Below are positions 1 to 10,639 of a stretch of 64,000 nt of DNA, one piece after another (position 1 is the stretch's first letter; each line of letters begins with the position of its first letter). The notes beneath the pieces are model-generated. The model ran no database searches. It was not told the DNA's origin and worked only from the letters and a program-made list of their open reading frames with translations. This DNA is from an uncultured bacterium (GTDB taxonomy: Bacteria > Verrucomicrobiota > Verrucomicrobiia > Limisphaerales > UBA8199). A program made the position numbers and the translations under genes. The stretch is from assembly GCA_963749495.1 (NCBI GenBank), contig CAVVMW010000014.1, positions 64,001 through 128,000 on the forward strand, in the 5' to 3' direction.

Positions 1-6
1 CGCCCT

Positions 7-101
7 TTCACGTTTCACGTTTCACGTTTCACGTTCCACGTTTCACGCTTCACGTTTCAGGGTTCACGTTTCAGGATTCAGGGTTCACGCTTCACGTTTC
101 A
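7..101. repeat. Heptamer tandem repeat (TTTCACG)n with variants
   Basis: About 13 consecutive 7-mers: tttcacg/ttccacg/cttcacg/tttcagg/gttcacg. Confidence 0.9.
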
Positions 102-190
102 CTGCGCTCCCCCGCCCCTCCTCCGCCTGTCCCGGAGAAATCTGCCACCAAACTGTTGACTCAAGGCCAAGATTCCTATTCAATCCGCTT

Positions 191-1075
191 ATGCAAATCG
201 AAAGTCTTAAGGTTTTTTGCGACCTGGCCGAGACCGAGAGTTTCACCAAGGCCGCCCAGATCAACGAAGTCACCCAGTCCGCCGTCAGCCAGACGATCAG
301 CACGCTGGAAAAGCAATTCAAGTCGTTGCTGATCGAACGGAGCAAGAAGAACTTCCGGCTCACGCCCGAAGGACAGGTCTTTTACGACCACAGCAAGCGG
401 ATTCTCCAGAGCTTCGACGCGCTCTACAGCAAGCTGCAGGAGCTGGAGGGGATTATCTCGGGCAATATTCGGGTGGCGACCATCTACAGCATCGGCCTGC
501 ACGTCCTGCCGCCCTATCTCAAGAAGTTCCTCAGGCAATACCCGACGGTGAACGTGCACGTCGAGTACCGGCGCCCCAACCAGGTTTACGAGGATGTCCT
601 GGGCAACGTGGTGGACATGGGCCTGGTGGCCTATCCTATCCGCGACGCCAAGCTCGAGCTGGTTCCGCTCCGCAAAGAGCCGCTCGTGCTCATCTGCCAC
701 CCCCAAAACCCACTGGCCAAACTCAACTCGGTCAAGCTCAAGGCCCTGGCCGGACACAAATTCGTCAGCTTCGAGCAAGACATCCCCACGCGCAAGGCCG
801 TCAACAAGCTCCTTAAGGACCAGGCCGTCGCCGTCGAGCACGTCATGGAATTTGACAATATCGAAACCGTCAAACGCGCGGTCGAGATTGATTCGGGCGT
901 CGCCATCGTCCCCCTGGCCACCATCAGCCAGGAGGTCGCCAAGCAGACCCTGTGCGCCGTCCGCCTCGAAGGCAGCGGCGACTTCTCCCGCCCCCTGGCC
1001 GCCATTTACAAGAAGAACCGCGTCCTCTCCCCGGCCATCAAGCAATTCGTCGCCCTCCTCAAAGAGAACCTCTGA
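191..1075 (+). CDS. LysR-family transcriptional regulator (CysL/CmpR-like)
   Basis: N-terminal HTH (SFTKAAQINEVTQSAVSQTISTLE), 294 aa, substrate-binding domain motif IETVKRAVEIDSGVAIVP. Confidence 0.93.
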   Translation: MQIESLKVFCDLAETESFTKAAQINEVTQSAVSQTISTLEKQFKSLLIERSKKNFRLTPEGQVFYDHSKRILQSFDALYSKLQELEGIISGNIRVATIYSIGLHVLPPYLKKFLRQYPTVNVHVEYRRPNQVYEDVLGNVVDMGLVAYPIRDAKLELVPLRKEPLVLICHPQNPLAKLNSVKLKALAGHKFVSFEQDIPTRKAVNKLLKDQAVAVEHVMEFDNIETVKRAVEIDSGVAIVPLATISQEVAKQTLCAVRLEGSGDFSRPLAAIYKKNRVLSPAIKQFVALLKENL

Positions 1076-2118
1076 AACGCAAGCTGCCCATCCTGCTGGT
1101 GGCCTTGGCCGCCCTCTGCGGGGCGCTCTATTATTGGCACGCCCATCGGGCGCGCCTCCTGGTGCTCACGGGCATCGTCACGACCGACGGCGTCATCGTC
1201 GGTTCGGAGATCTCCGGACGCGTGCAGGAACTGCCGGTCAAGGAAGGCGACCCCGTCAAGGCCGGCCAACTCCTGGCCCGCATCCAACCCCAGGAATGGA
1301 AGGCCGAGATGGCCTTTTACGCCGACACCGAGAAGCAATGGGCCGCCCAGGTCACCCAGGCCGAGGCCGACCTCCGCTACCAGCAAGACCAGACCAGCAA
1401 CCAGGTCCGCCAGGCCCAGGCCAATTTCCAGGCCGCCAATTCCCAGGTGACCCAGGGCGAGGCCGACCTCCAGAATGCCAGCCTCACCTTCAAGCGCATG
1501 GACCAACTCCACCACCAAGGAGTCGAATCCGCCCAAGCCTTTGACCAAGCCCGCACCGCCCTCGACAGCGCCACGGCTCGAGTCCAGGCCCTGCGCGACC
1601 AGGCCGTGGCTGCCAACGCCGCCCTCGCCATGGCCCGCGCCAACCTCGAGCAGGTCGCCGCCCGCCGCGCCGCCCTCGAAGCCACAACCCACCAGTTGGC
1701 CGCCGCCAGGGCCCAGGAAGACCGGGCCAGGATCCGCCTCGACCACACGGAAATCCGCTCCCCCACCAACGGGCTCATCGATACCCGCGCCGCCCTCCCT
1801 GGCGAAGTCGTCGCCGTCGGCCAGGCCATCCTCACCCTCATCAACCCCGACGACCTCTGGGTGCGCGCCGACGTTGAAGAGACCTACATCGAGCGCATCC
1901 ACCTGGGCGACGAATTGGCCGTGACCCTGCCCTCCGGCGCCCGCCGCCGCGGTGTGGTATTCTATCGGGGCGTGGACGCCGACTTTGCCACGCAACGCGA
2001 TGTGAGCCGCACCAAACGGGACATCCGCACCTTCGAAGTCCGCCTGCGCTGCGATAACCACGACCGCAGCCTGGCCGTGGGAATGACCGCCTATGTCACC
2101 CTGCCCCTGGCCAAGTAA
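1072..2118 (+). CDS. HlyD-family efflux membrane fusion protein
   Basis: N-terminal TM anchor, lipoyl-like half motifs (ISGRVQELPVKEGDPVKAGQLL; IRSPTNG), coiled coil. Start uncertain: CTG at 1072 overlaps the LysR stop codon. Confidence 0.88.
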   Translation: MKRKLPILLVALAALCGALYYWHAHRARLLVLTGIVTTDGVIVGSEISGRVQELPVKEGDPVKAGQLLARIQPQEWKAEMAFYADTEKQWAAQVTQAEADLRYQQDQTSNQVRQAQANFQAANSQVTQGEADLQNASLTFKRMDQLHHQGVESAQAFDQARTALDSATARVQALRDQAVAANAALAMARANLEQVAARRAALEATTHQLAAARAQEDRARIRLDHTEIRSPTNGLIDTRAALPGEVVAVGQAILTLINPDDLWVRADVEETYIERIHLGDELAVTLPSGARRRGVVFYRGVDADFATQRDVSRTKRDIRTFEVRLRCDNHDRSLAVGMTAYVTLPLAK

Positions 2119-3103
2119 AGACATCGAAGTTGAAACCCTGACCAAGCGCTTTGGCGACTTCTGCGCCGTGGATCGGCTCAGCTTCACGGTCGAGCATGGG
2201 GAGGTCTTCGGCCTGCTCGGGCCCAACGGCGCGGGCAAGTCCACCCTCATCCGCATGCTGACCACCCTGGTGCCGCCCACCTCCGGCACCGCCCGCGTCC
2301 TGGGCCTGGACATCCTCCACGCCGCCAACCGCGTCCGCAGCGCCATTGGCGTCATCCCCCAGGCCATGACCTCCGACCTGGACCTCAGCGCCCAGGAGAA
2401 CATGGGCATCTTCGCCAAACTCTACGGCATCCGGCGCGAGGAGCGGCGGCGCTCTATCCAGGCCCTCCTGGAGGCCGTGGACCTCGCCCCCTGGGCCGAC
2501 AAACCGGTCAAGATGTTCTCCGGCGGGATGCGCCGCCGGCTCGAAATCGCCCGCGGCCTGGTCCACCGCCCCAAGGTCTTTTTCCTGGACGAGCCCACCA
2601 CCGGCCTCGACCCGGCCTCGCGCGTCGCCGTCTGGGACATGCTCTCGCGCCTCAGGCGCGAGCAGGACCTGACCATCCTGGTCACCACGCATTACATGGA
2701 TGAGGCCGACAAGCTTTGCGACCGCGTTGCTATCATCGACCATGGCAAATTGGCGGCCCTGGATTCGCCCCTCAAGCTCAAGGCCTCCATCCCGGGCCAG
2801 AACACCATCGAGGTCAGCTTCTCCGCCGTGCCCCAGGGGTGGACCCAGACCCTCCAGGCCCTCCCGGACGTGGCCGAGGTCCTCGGCCAAGACCACGTCT
2901 TCCGCATCTCCTCCAACAACGGGCCGCGCACCACCATCGAACTGGTCGAGGCCGCCCGCCGCGCCGGCATCGCCGTCACCTCCCTCTCCGTCCAGAGCAC
3001 GACCCTGGACGACGTCTTCATGCACTACACCGGCCATCAATTGCGCGACACCCTCCAGAGCGCCCCGGCCTACAGCTCCGCCTTCATGTACGACCGGAAA
3101 TGA
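2093..3103 (+). CDS. ABC transporter ATP-binding protein (DrrA-like)
   Basis: Walker A GPNGAGKS, signature FSGGMRRR, Walker B FFLDEPT. Confidence 0.93.
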   Translation: MSPCPWPSKDIEVETLTKRFGDFCAVDRLSFTVEHGEVFGLLGPNGAGKSTLIRMLTTLVPPTSGTARVLGLDILHAANRVRSAIGVIPQAMTSDLDLSAQENMGIFAKLYGIRREERRRSIQALLEAVDLAPWADKPVKMFSGGMRRRLEIARGLVHRPKVFFLDEPTTGLDPASRVAVWDMLSRLRREQDLTILVTTHYMDEADKLCDRVAIIDHGKLAALDSPLKLKASIPGQNTIEVSFSAVPQGWTQTLQALPDVAEVLGQDHVFRISSNNGPRTTIELVEAARRAGIAVTSLSVQSTTLDDVFMHYTGHQLRDTLQSAPAYSSAFMYDRK

Positions 3104-4212
3104 ACCGCACCCTGGCCATCATCGAGCGCGACCTCCGCCGCCTCTGGCGCAGCCCCACCCTCATCGTCGTCTCCATGATCATGCCCCTGGTCCAACTCCT
3201 GGTCCTGGGCTACGCCTTCGGCGGCAAGGTCAAGCACCTCCAGGTCGGCGTCGTCGACCAGGACCGCGGCCTGCCGGCCGTGCGCCTCCGTGCCCTGGCC
3301 CAGGCCGTCGCCGCCAACGCCAGCACCTTCCAAACCATCCCCTACACCGACACCGCCGGTGCCCTCGACGACCTCCGCAATGGCAAAATCCAGGCCGTGC
3401 TCAACATCCCCCCGCAATTCTCACGCAAACTCCTGGCCGGGGCCAATCCACGCCTGGCGCTCATCGAAGACAACACCGACCAGTTCTCCGCCTCGGCCCT
3501 CGAAGCGGCCTTCAACCAGATGCTCGGCCCCTTCAACCAGAGGGGCCTGCCGCCCCGCATGTCCGCCACCGCCACACTGGCCGTCGTCGAGGTCTATCCC
3601 TACGTCCCTTACATCCAGTACCTCCTGCCGGGCACCATCGTCCTGGCCATCTTCGTCTCGGCCATGATCGGCGGCGGCATCATCTACATCGATGACAAGG
3701 CGCGCGGCCTCCACGAGGGCTACCTCGTCACCCCGATCACCAAGTTCGAACTCATCCTCGGCTTCACCCTCTCGGGCGCCGCCAAGGCCATCCTCGCCGG
3801 CCTGGTCCTGGTCACCTTCGGCTCCCTGCTGGCCGGCATTCCCGACCCCTTCAACCCCGCCCGCCTGGCCCGCATGCTCCTGGTCGTCGTCGCCACTGCC
3901 CTGGCCCTCATCAGCCTCATGTTCCTGCTGATGGTGCGCGTGAACGACCCGCTCGTCCCTCGAGCCACCTTCGGCGTTCTCAATACCCTCCTGTTCTTCC
4001 CCAGCGGCGCCGTCTATCCCATCGCCGCCTTCCCCCCCTGGATGCAGGCCATCACCGTCATCGACCCCTTCACCTACGCCGTCCACGCCTTCAAAGAGCT
4101 CATCCTCAAAAACACCGGCCTCGTGGCCATCTCCTCAGACCTCGCCTACCTCGCCCTCTTCATGGTCGTCGCCATGGCCGCCGCCACCCTCCTCTTCCGC
4201 CGCACCCTTTAG
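3100..4212 (+). CDS. ABC-2 type permease
   Basis: ATG at 3100 overlaps the upstream stop (ATGA); one N-terminal TM, soluble loop, several C-terminal TMs; SGAVYPI/PPWMQ/PFTY motifs. Confidence 0.9.
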   Translation: MNRTLAIIERDLRRLWRSPTLIVVSMIMPLVQLLVLGYAFGGKVKHLQVGVVDQDRGLPAVRLRALAQAVAANASTFQTIPYTDTAGALDDLRNGKIQAVLNIPPQFSRKLLAGANPRLALIEDNTDQFSASALEAAFNQMLGPFNQRGLPPRMSATATLAVVEVYPYVPYIQYLLPGTIVLAIFVSAMIGGGIIYIDDKARGLHEGYLVTPITKFELILGFTLSGAAKAILAGLVLVTFGSLLAGIPDPFNPARLARMLLVVVATALALISLMFLLMVRVNDPLVPRATFGVLNTLLFFPSGAVYPIAAFPPWMQAITVIDPFTYAVHAFKELILKNTGLVAISSDLAYLALFMVVAMAAATLLFRRTL

Positions 4213-4218
4213 CCCCAG

Positions 4219-4399
4219 GTTTCACTCTGCGCCCCGCGCTTGCGCAAAAGGGCGACTTGGCTATTGCCTATCGGCTATCGCTGCCCAGGCGTTTCAATCC
4301 GCGCCCCGCCCTTGCGCGCGGGGCGACTCGGCGATTTGCGATTGGCTATTGGCGATCACCCCAGGTTCCACTTCGCGCCCTCATGGCCGCCGTGTCAAC
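4219..4399 (-). CRISPR. Detached degenerate trailer mini-array (2 clear repeats + 1 highly decayed)
   Basis: 4291-4327 differs by 1 nt from the main repeat; 4219-4256 is degenerate (gtttcactctgcgccccgcgcttgcgcaaaagggcgac); 4365-4399 retains only gttccacttcgcgccc; intervening sequences 34 and 37 nt. Confidence 0.8.
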
Positions 4400-4533
4400 C
4401 GTGATATGAAGCGAGTCGTCCATGATGCGCAATCATTCCTGGCTGCCTACCACCCTCTGGTGAGCGCCGCGCGTCTGGCGGATTGGGAGAGGAGAAGCGG
4501 TGTATCATTTGTTCAATTTCGCTGCGGCTGGTC

Positions 4534-5454
4534 TCAGCCGCGGTGCGCCGCGCAGACTTTGCACGTGCAAGGCTTGGCGCCCACATAATGGCGGATGCCG
4601 ACGACTCGACCTCGCGCTTGGTCGAAGCGCCCAAAGATGCGATCGAACAGATCCTCCTCGCCGTTTTCAAAGAAACGGCGAGTTGCGTAGGCGCAGAGGT
4701 CTGCCATCTGGACCATGCTGGTCAAACTGCTGTCCACGAATAGCGGCGTCTCGATGATGCGCTCAACGGTGGCCCAGAGGGTTCCCCGGACATGGAACCG
4801 CCGCATTAGGGCAGTGATATTCTTGGCGACGGTTTCGTTGTTGTCCTCAATCAAAAGGCCGTAATTGTCCACGGATCTGGCGGAGGTAGTGCCGCCTCGG
4901 CTGACTCTTTCGGTCTCGCGCTTGCTGAGGAAGGTGTGGAATCGGGTGACGAGTTGCTCGAACGCTTCCTCAAAAACGTCAGTCCCGGGCGGCATTGCCG
5001 CTTTGTCGACAGCCTCAGCAAACAAGCGCGCATCGTTCCACGAGCCGATTTCATCGGCCAGGTCGCGCAGCAACTGGGTTCGTTGCGCGTGCGTGAGGTG
5101 GATGTAGTCAGCGGACTTTTTGTAGAGGTTCTTGAGGGCTTTGAGCTGGTCGGCCGTCTTTAGCGCCGCCGCCTTGATCAGCGAGTTCTTTCGCTCGGCA
5201 TCCATTGCGGCGCGTCGTTCAATGGAGTCCATTTCGTCGAACTTGGCGATGTGTTCCTGTTCGGGAAAGCGGCGAGCGATGTAGCCCGTATGAATTTCCA
5301 CGTCCTTGAGTCCGTACTGCGCCTTGATGAGATTCGCGCGCCGATCCTTGATGTGCCAAGCAGCCGCTGGTATCGCCAGACCCAGCAGAACGAAATGCGA
5401 GGTCTGCGCGCCGGCCTGGGGTGTTCCGGATTCGTCAAGGTAGCAGAAGTACAT
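4534..5454 (-). CDS. DUF3800 domain protein (RNase H-like fold predicted)
   Basis: N-terminal YLDESG and C-terminal VDS...VQMADLCAY motifs characteristic of DUF3800. Confidence 0.88.
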   Translation of the reverse strand: MYFCYLDESGTPQAGAQTSHFVLLGLAIPAAAWHIKDRRANLIKAQYGLKDVEIHTGYIARRFPEQEHIAKFDEMDSIERRAAMDAERKNSLIKAAALKTADQLKALKNLYKKSADYIHLTHAQRTQLLRDLADEIGSWNDARLFAEAVDKAAMPPGTDVFEEAFEQLVTRFHTFLSKRETERVSRGGTTSARSVDNYGLLIEDNNETVAKNITALMRRFHVRGTLWATVERIIETPLFVDSSLTSMVQMADLCAYATRRFFENGEEDLFDRIFGRFDQARGRVVGIRHYVGAKPCTCKVCAAHRG

Positions 5455-5466
5455 GGTCGGTTGTGT

Positions 5467-5536
5467 AAAAGAAAAAACGTCTAGGGCAGGTCCCTAAGGC
5501 CCTGCACGAGGCGCATAGCATCTCACCCAGACGTGA
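5467..5536 (-). ncRNA. Putative structured RNA upstream of DUF3800 (multi-stem junction followed by U-tract)
   Basis: Minus strand: outer stem acgtctggg/cctagacgt enclosing hairpins gag..ctc and gcagg..cctgc, followed by ttttttctttt. Confidence 0.6.
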
Positions 5537-5540
5537 GGTA

Positions 5541-5569
5541 AATATGACCATTTACGGAGCTGAAGTCAA
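5541..5569 (-). promoter_or_regulatory. Sigma70-like promoter for the RNA/DUF3800 unit
   Basis: Minus strand TTGACT-N17-CATATT ending 6 nt before the outer RNA stem. Confidence 0.6.
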
Positions 5570-5689
5570 TACGCCTTCGCAAATCACGTAATAAATTGTG
5601 GCCCAGCGAGTTGCGTTTGTGAACTGGCACTTGACTGCTCACACGTTGCCTTGTCGGTTGCGGAGCGCGCCAGCATTGGCCTCGCAATA

Positions 5690-8600
5690 GTTTCAATCCG
5701 CGCCCCGCGCTTGCGCGCGGGGCGACCTGGCAGCGGCATTTGATGAAGCTTTGAGTGTTCATGTTTCAATCCGCGCCCCGCGCTTGCGCGCGGGGCGACC
5801 TCGACTGACGGACCCGACACTGGCGCGCCCGGGGGTTTCAATCCGCGCCCCGCGCTTGCGCGCGGGGCGACTTAGGCGGCGCACGCCGGCAGCGTGGCAG
5901 ATCATCGTTTCAATCCGCGCCCCGCGCTTGCGCGCGGGGCGACTCGTTCAGAATCCGCCGCTCGCGCTCGCGGACCGTGTTTCAATCCGCGCCCCGCGCT
6001 TGCGCGCGGGGCGACCTCGATGGGCAAGGCCTGCGCCGCCTTCACCAAGTTTCAATCCGCGCCCCGCGCTTGCGCGCGGGGCGACCCGGCGTGAGCGCGT
6101 TCTGGATGCGCTCCATGAGGTTTCAATCCGCGCCCCGCGCTTGCGCGCGGGGCGACTTTCATTCCGCCACGCCGCAAGCGCGGGCCCCAGCAGTTTCAAT
6201 CCGCGCCCCGCGCTTGCGCGCGGGGCGACTCCATGCTCCAGTGGCGTTCCGCCTGGCTCTCGGCGTTTCAATCCGCGCCCCGCGCTTGCGCGCGGGGCGA
6301 CCTTGTAGCCCTCGGGGAGCGCCCAGGGGACCTGGGCGTTTCAATCCGCGCCCCGCGCTTGCGCGCGGGGCGACTAACACTGCACGACCAGCCCCGCATA
6401 GATCGCTTTGTTTCAATCCGCGCCCCGCGCTTGCGCGCGGGGCGACCTTGGAGCTCCGGGCAATCCTCGCATTGCCTGAAGTTTCAATCCGCGCCCCGCG
6501 CTTGCGCGCGGGGCGACGTTTGCGCGAATGCCCAAAGTCAGCGACAGCGCAGTTTCAATCCGCGCCCCGCGCTTGCGCGCGGGGCGACCGTTGTGTCGAG
6601 GGGCCGCGTCCAGGGCCGCGCAGTTTCAATCCGCGCCCCGCGCTTGCGCGCGGGGCGACCTGGATAGCGGTTCTTGCGTCCGTTGCCCCGGACAGTTTCA
6701 ATCCGCGCCCCGCGCTTGCGCGCGGGGCGACTCCGGCGCTTTCGTGGTGCCGAGCGCCCCTCCATGTTTCAATCCGCGCCCCGCGCTTGCGCGCGGGGCG
6801 ACTCGAACGAGTTGGCCCTGCCGACCATGCCGCGAAAGGTTTCAATCCGCGCCCCGCGCTTGCGCGCGGGGCGACACCGCCCCTCCGCTTCCCGCGTCTG
6901 CTTGTCCTTGTTTCAATCCGCGCCCCGCGCTTGCGCGCGGGGCGACATAGTGAGACCGGTTCAGGCCGAGAGCTGCAGCGCGTTTCAATCCGCGCCCCGC
7001 GCTTGCGCGCGGGGCGACTCATGCTCGGCCGCCTGCTTCTCACTCTCTTCGAGTTTCAATCCGCGCCCCGCGCTTGCGCGCGGGGCGACCCAATACCACC
7101 GGTGGCTTGCTGGATTATTTCAAGTTTCAATCCGCGCCCCGCGCTTGCGCGCGGGGCGACCCACGGCATTATGTGCCGGACCACGGATCCGTCATGTTTC
7201 AATCCGCGCCCCGCGCTTGCGCGCGGGGCGACGCTGGGCGATGGCGCCGGGGGCTACGACGACACCCTGGTTTCAATCCGCGCCCCGCGCTTGCGCGCGG
7301 GGCGACTCATTGAACGTGGTCATCCCATTCGCGGGCGGCGTGTTTCAATCCGCGCCCCGCGCTTGCGCGCGGGGCAACCAAACGCCCGCGGCTGGCCCTC
7401 GACCCATTTCTATGTTTCAATCCGCGCCCCGCGCTTGCGCGCGGGGCGACTTTTGGAAGATCGGCTGCATCCCCTGCAAATACTGGTTTCAATCCGCGCC
7501 CCGCGCTTGCGCGCGGGGCGACGCCAGCAAGCCCGCAACCAGGCCGAGCAAGTCATTGTTTCAATCCGCGCCCCGCGCTTGCGCGCGGGGCGACTCGCAG
7601 GCAGCCCTGCGCTACGGCGAGCTCACCTGGTTTCAATCCGCGCCCCGCGCTTGCGCGCGGGGCGACGCGAGAGCGCCGTGCGCGACGCGAAGATCGCGCT
7701 GTTTCAATCCGCGCCCCGCGCTTGCGCGCGGGGCGACCGGTTCAGTTTCGCCGGCCCAAGTCCTGAACAGGGTTTCAATCCGCGCCCCGCGCTTGCGCGC
7801 GGGGCGACCAATCCGCACCCGCAATCCCCGCCGCCGCGCTGCAGTTTCAATCCGCGCCCCGCGCTTGCGCGCGGGGCGACTTCGTCATTAATCCTCCACT
7901 AATCCAGTCTTATGTTTCAATCCGCGCCCCGCGCTTGCGCGCGGGGCGACCGGCGCCGCGTCGCGCATCCGGCCGGGGGAATGGGTTTCAATCCGCGCCC
8001 CGCGCTTGCGCGCGGGGCGACCCGTCGCGGAATTGGGAGCCGACGTAGCGGGCGATGTTTCAATCCGCGCCCCGCGCTTGCGCGCGGGGCGACTTTCACT
8101 TTTTTCACCAATGCTTCGCACGTTGTTGTTTCAATCCGCGCCCCGCGCTTGCGCGCGGGGCGACAGGTTGGTCGCGACCAAGACAGAGTTGGTGGTGTTG
8201 TTTCAATCCGCGCCCCGCGCTTGCGCGCGGGGCGACGGGGTACATGAGCTGATCATCTCCGACCTCGAATGTTTCAATCCGCGCCCCGCGCTTGCGCGCG
8301 GGGCGACAGCAGCTGGTGATTGTGCGCGCGCATGGCGTCCAGTTTCAATCCGCGCCCCGCGCTTGCGCGCGGGGCGACCGCACGTCAATCAGCGCGGGCA
8401 TCTCGCCTTCTGGTTTCAATCCGCGCCCCGCGCTTGCGCGCGGGGCGACTTCGCGCCGTGGGAACGGCCGTGATCGAGTGCATGTTTCAATCCGCGCCCC
8501 GCGCTTGCGCGCGGGGCGACCTGGCAAACCGCGCAGTTCTACTGGTCCCTCGACGTTTCAATCCGCGCCCCGCGCTTGCGCGCGGGGCGACCCCTCGTCA

Positions 8601-10453
8601 TGCAGCGCGCCGCCCGCGCCAACCAGTTTCAATCCGCGCCCCGCGCTTGCGCGCGGGGCGACTCCAGATTTTGCTCGAGTGTGGCGCGGATTTGGGGTTT
8701 CAATCCGCGCCCCGCGCTTGCGCGCGGGGCGACGCCAACCTCGACACCCTCCGCCGGCACCTCCTCGCGTTTCAATCCGCGCCCCGCGCTTGCGCGCGGG
8801 GCGACAGGTGCACCAAGCACGATAGGCTGCGGAAGCGGAGGTTTCAATCCGCGCCCCGCGCTTGCGCGCGGGGCGACTGGGTACTGGACACCGGAGACGA
8901 ATACTCACCGTGTTTCAATCCGCGCCCCGCGCTTGCGCGCGGGGCGACCCCCGGCCACCAACGCGCCCGCCGCGGCCAAATAAGTTTCAATCCGCGCCCC
9001 GCGCTTGCGCGCGGGGCGACCAGAGCCAGTCGCGGACGCGCCAATACCAGATCGGGTTTCAATCCGCGCCCCGCGCTTGCGCGCGGGGCGACTTCGCGAC
9101 CAACGGCTATGCCCGCGTCTCACTGTGTTTCAATCCGCGCCCCGCGCTTGCGCGCGGGGCGACCTCTCAGCGCACCGATGTCACCGCCCAGCTTGAGGTT
9201 TCAATCCGCGCCCCGCGCTTGCGCGCGGGGCGACGCCAGACCGGCTACAAGCTCACCTCGACCCTCACGTTTCAATCCGCGCCCCGCGCTTGCGCGCGGG
9301 GCGACCCAGACAACGTTGCTGCCGCTAATGCCGCCTTGGGTGTTTCAATCCGCGCCCCGCGCTTGCGCGCGGGGCGACCTGCCGAGGCTGAGGCCATCCT
9401 GCGCGATCTGGAGTTTCAATCCGCGCCCCGCGCTTGCGCGCGGGGCGACTTTTTCCTCGAGACTCAAGCTTGGCCCGGTAGTATTTGTTTCAATCCGCGC
9501 CCCGCGCTTGCGCGCGGGGCGACCGGCCTGCATGGGTCCGCGCGTGGAGAGCTCATATTGTTTCAATCCGCGCCCCGCGCTTGCGCGCGGGGCGACTCCG
9601 GGCCTCGCCTGCGCTGGGCGGCAGCCCGTGGTTTCAATCCGCGCCCCGCGCTTGCGCGCGGGGCGACTATCCACAGGTATTGCTGCGGCCGCGCGAGCTA
9701 CGTTTCAATCCGCGCCCCGCGCTTGCGCGCGGGGCGACTAATCATCGTGGAGCATGAGCTGGAGGACGATGACGTTTCAATCCGCGCCCCGCGCTTGCGC
9801 GCGGGGCGACCGTGCAGTGTCTCGGCCAGTGGCGCGCTCAAGGTGTTTCAATCCGCGCCCCGCGCTTGCGCGCGGGGCGACTAATCCCCGGCGTCCGCTT
9901 CCGGGGCCGCGTTGCGTTTCAATCCGCGCCCCGCGCTTGCGCGCGGGGCGACTCCGGCGCGTCCACGCGGGCGTGGGAGCCAGTCTGTTTCAATCCGCGC
10001 CCCGCGCTTGCGCGCGGGGCGACGAGGCGCGAGACACCGCAGACCACCGACGAGCGCAGTTTCAATCCGCGCCCCGCGCTTGCGCGCGGGGCGACGCGAT
10101 GCCCGCTCACTCGGCGTCCTGGGCAACACAGGTTTCAATCCGCGCCCCGCGCTTGCGCGCGGGGCGACCCACAACAGCCGCAGCGCCCGCCCACCCGTTG
10201 CCGTTTCAATCCGCGCCCCGCGCTTGCGCGCGGGGCGACCAGGCCGTCCCAGCCATCGCGTGGCTTGCGCACGAGTTTCAATCCGCGCCCCGCGCTTGCG
10301 CGCGGGGCGACCAGGAAGGTCCCAGCCTCCCGGCTGCCGATCGGCGTTTCAATCCGCGCCCCGCGCTTGCGCGCGGGGCGACATCATCATCTCGATGCAC
10401 TCGCTGCACTTGAGATGTTTCAATCCGCGCCCCGCGCTTGCGCGCGGGGCGAC
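5690..10453 (-). CRISPR. Type I-C CRISPR array, 67 repeats / 66 spacers (manual count)
   Basis: 37-bp repeat GTCGCCCCGCGCGCAAGCGCGGGGCGCGGATTGAAAC (minus strand) with a 10-bp stem and ATTGAAAC end; spacers about 33-37 nt; one variant repeat at 7342. Confidence 0.99.
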
Positions 10454-10639
10454 TGCGGCCCTTTCTTGCGTCGGGGCCGCAGGGATGTTGTAGCGCAAAC
10501 GCGCGAACCTGCCAAGGAGCGGATGCGTTGACGGATGAATGATGTCAAAGAACAGGTGAAAAGCATTGTGGGGAGCGGCGATGCGGAGAGCGCGAAGTCT
10601 TCCGGGGCGGGCCGGGGCTGTGGGTTCGCGGAGCATGGT
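10454..10639 (-). promoter_or_regulatory. CRISPR leader
   Basis: Lies between the cas2 stop and the first repeat; contains GCGAACC and GGTTCGC motifs typical of I-C leaders. Confidence 0.8.

Noticed and set aside
5563..5571. Match of the solitary-repeat spacer (attgact) to the DUF3800 promoter -35 box
   Set aside because: Only 7 nt with no extension; explained by the TTGAC consensus
7451..7485. Spacer sharing tgcagccgatcttc with hrpA near 52628
   Set aside because: 14 of 35 nt only; compatible with chance in a GC-rich window
5584..10636. Many long ORFs across the CRISPR array
   Set aside because: Translations of GC-rich repeats and spacers (VSIRAPRLRAGR etc.), not genes
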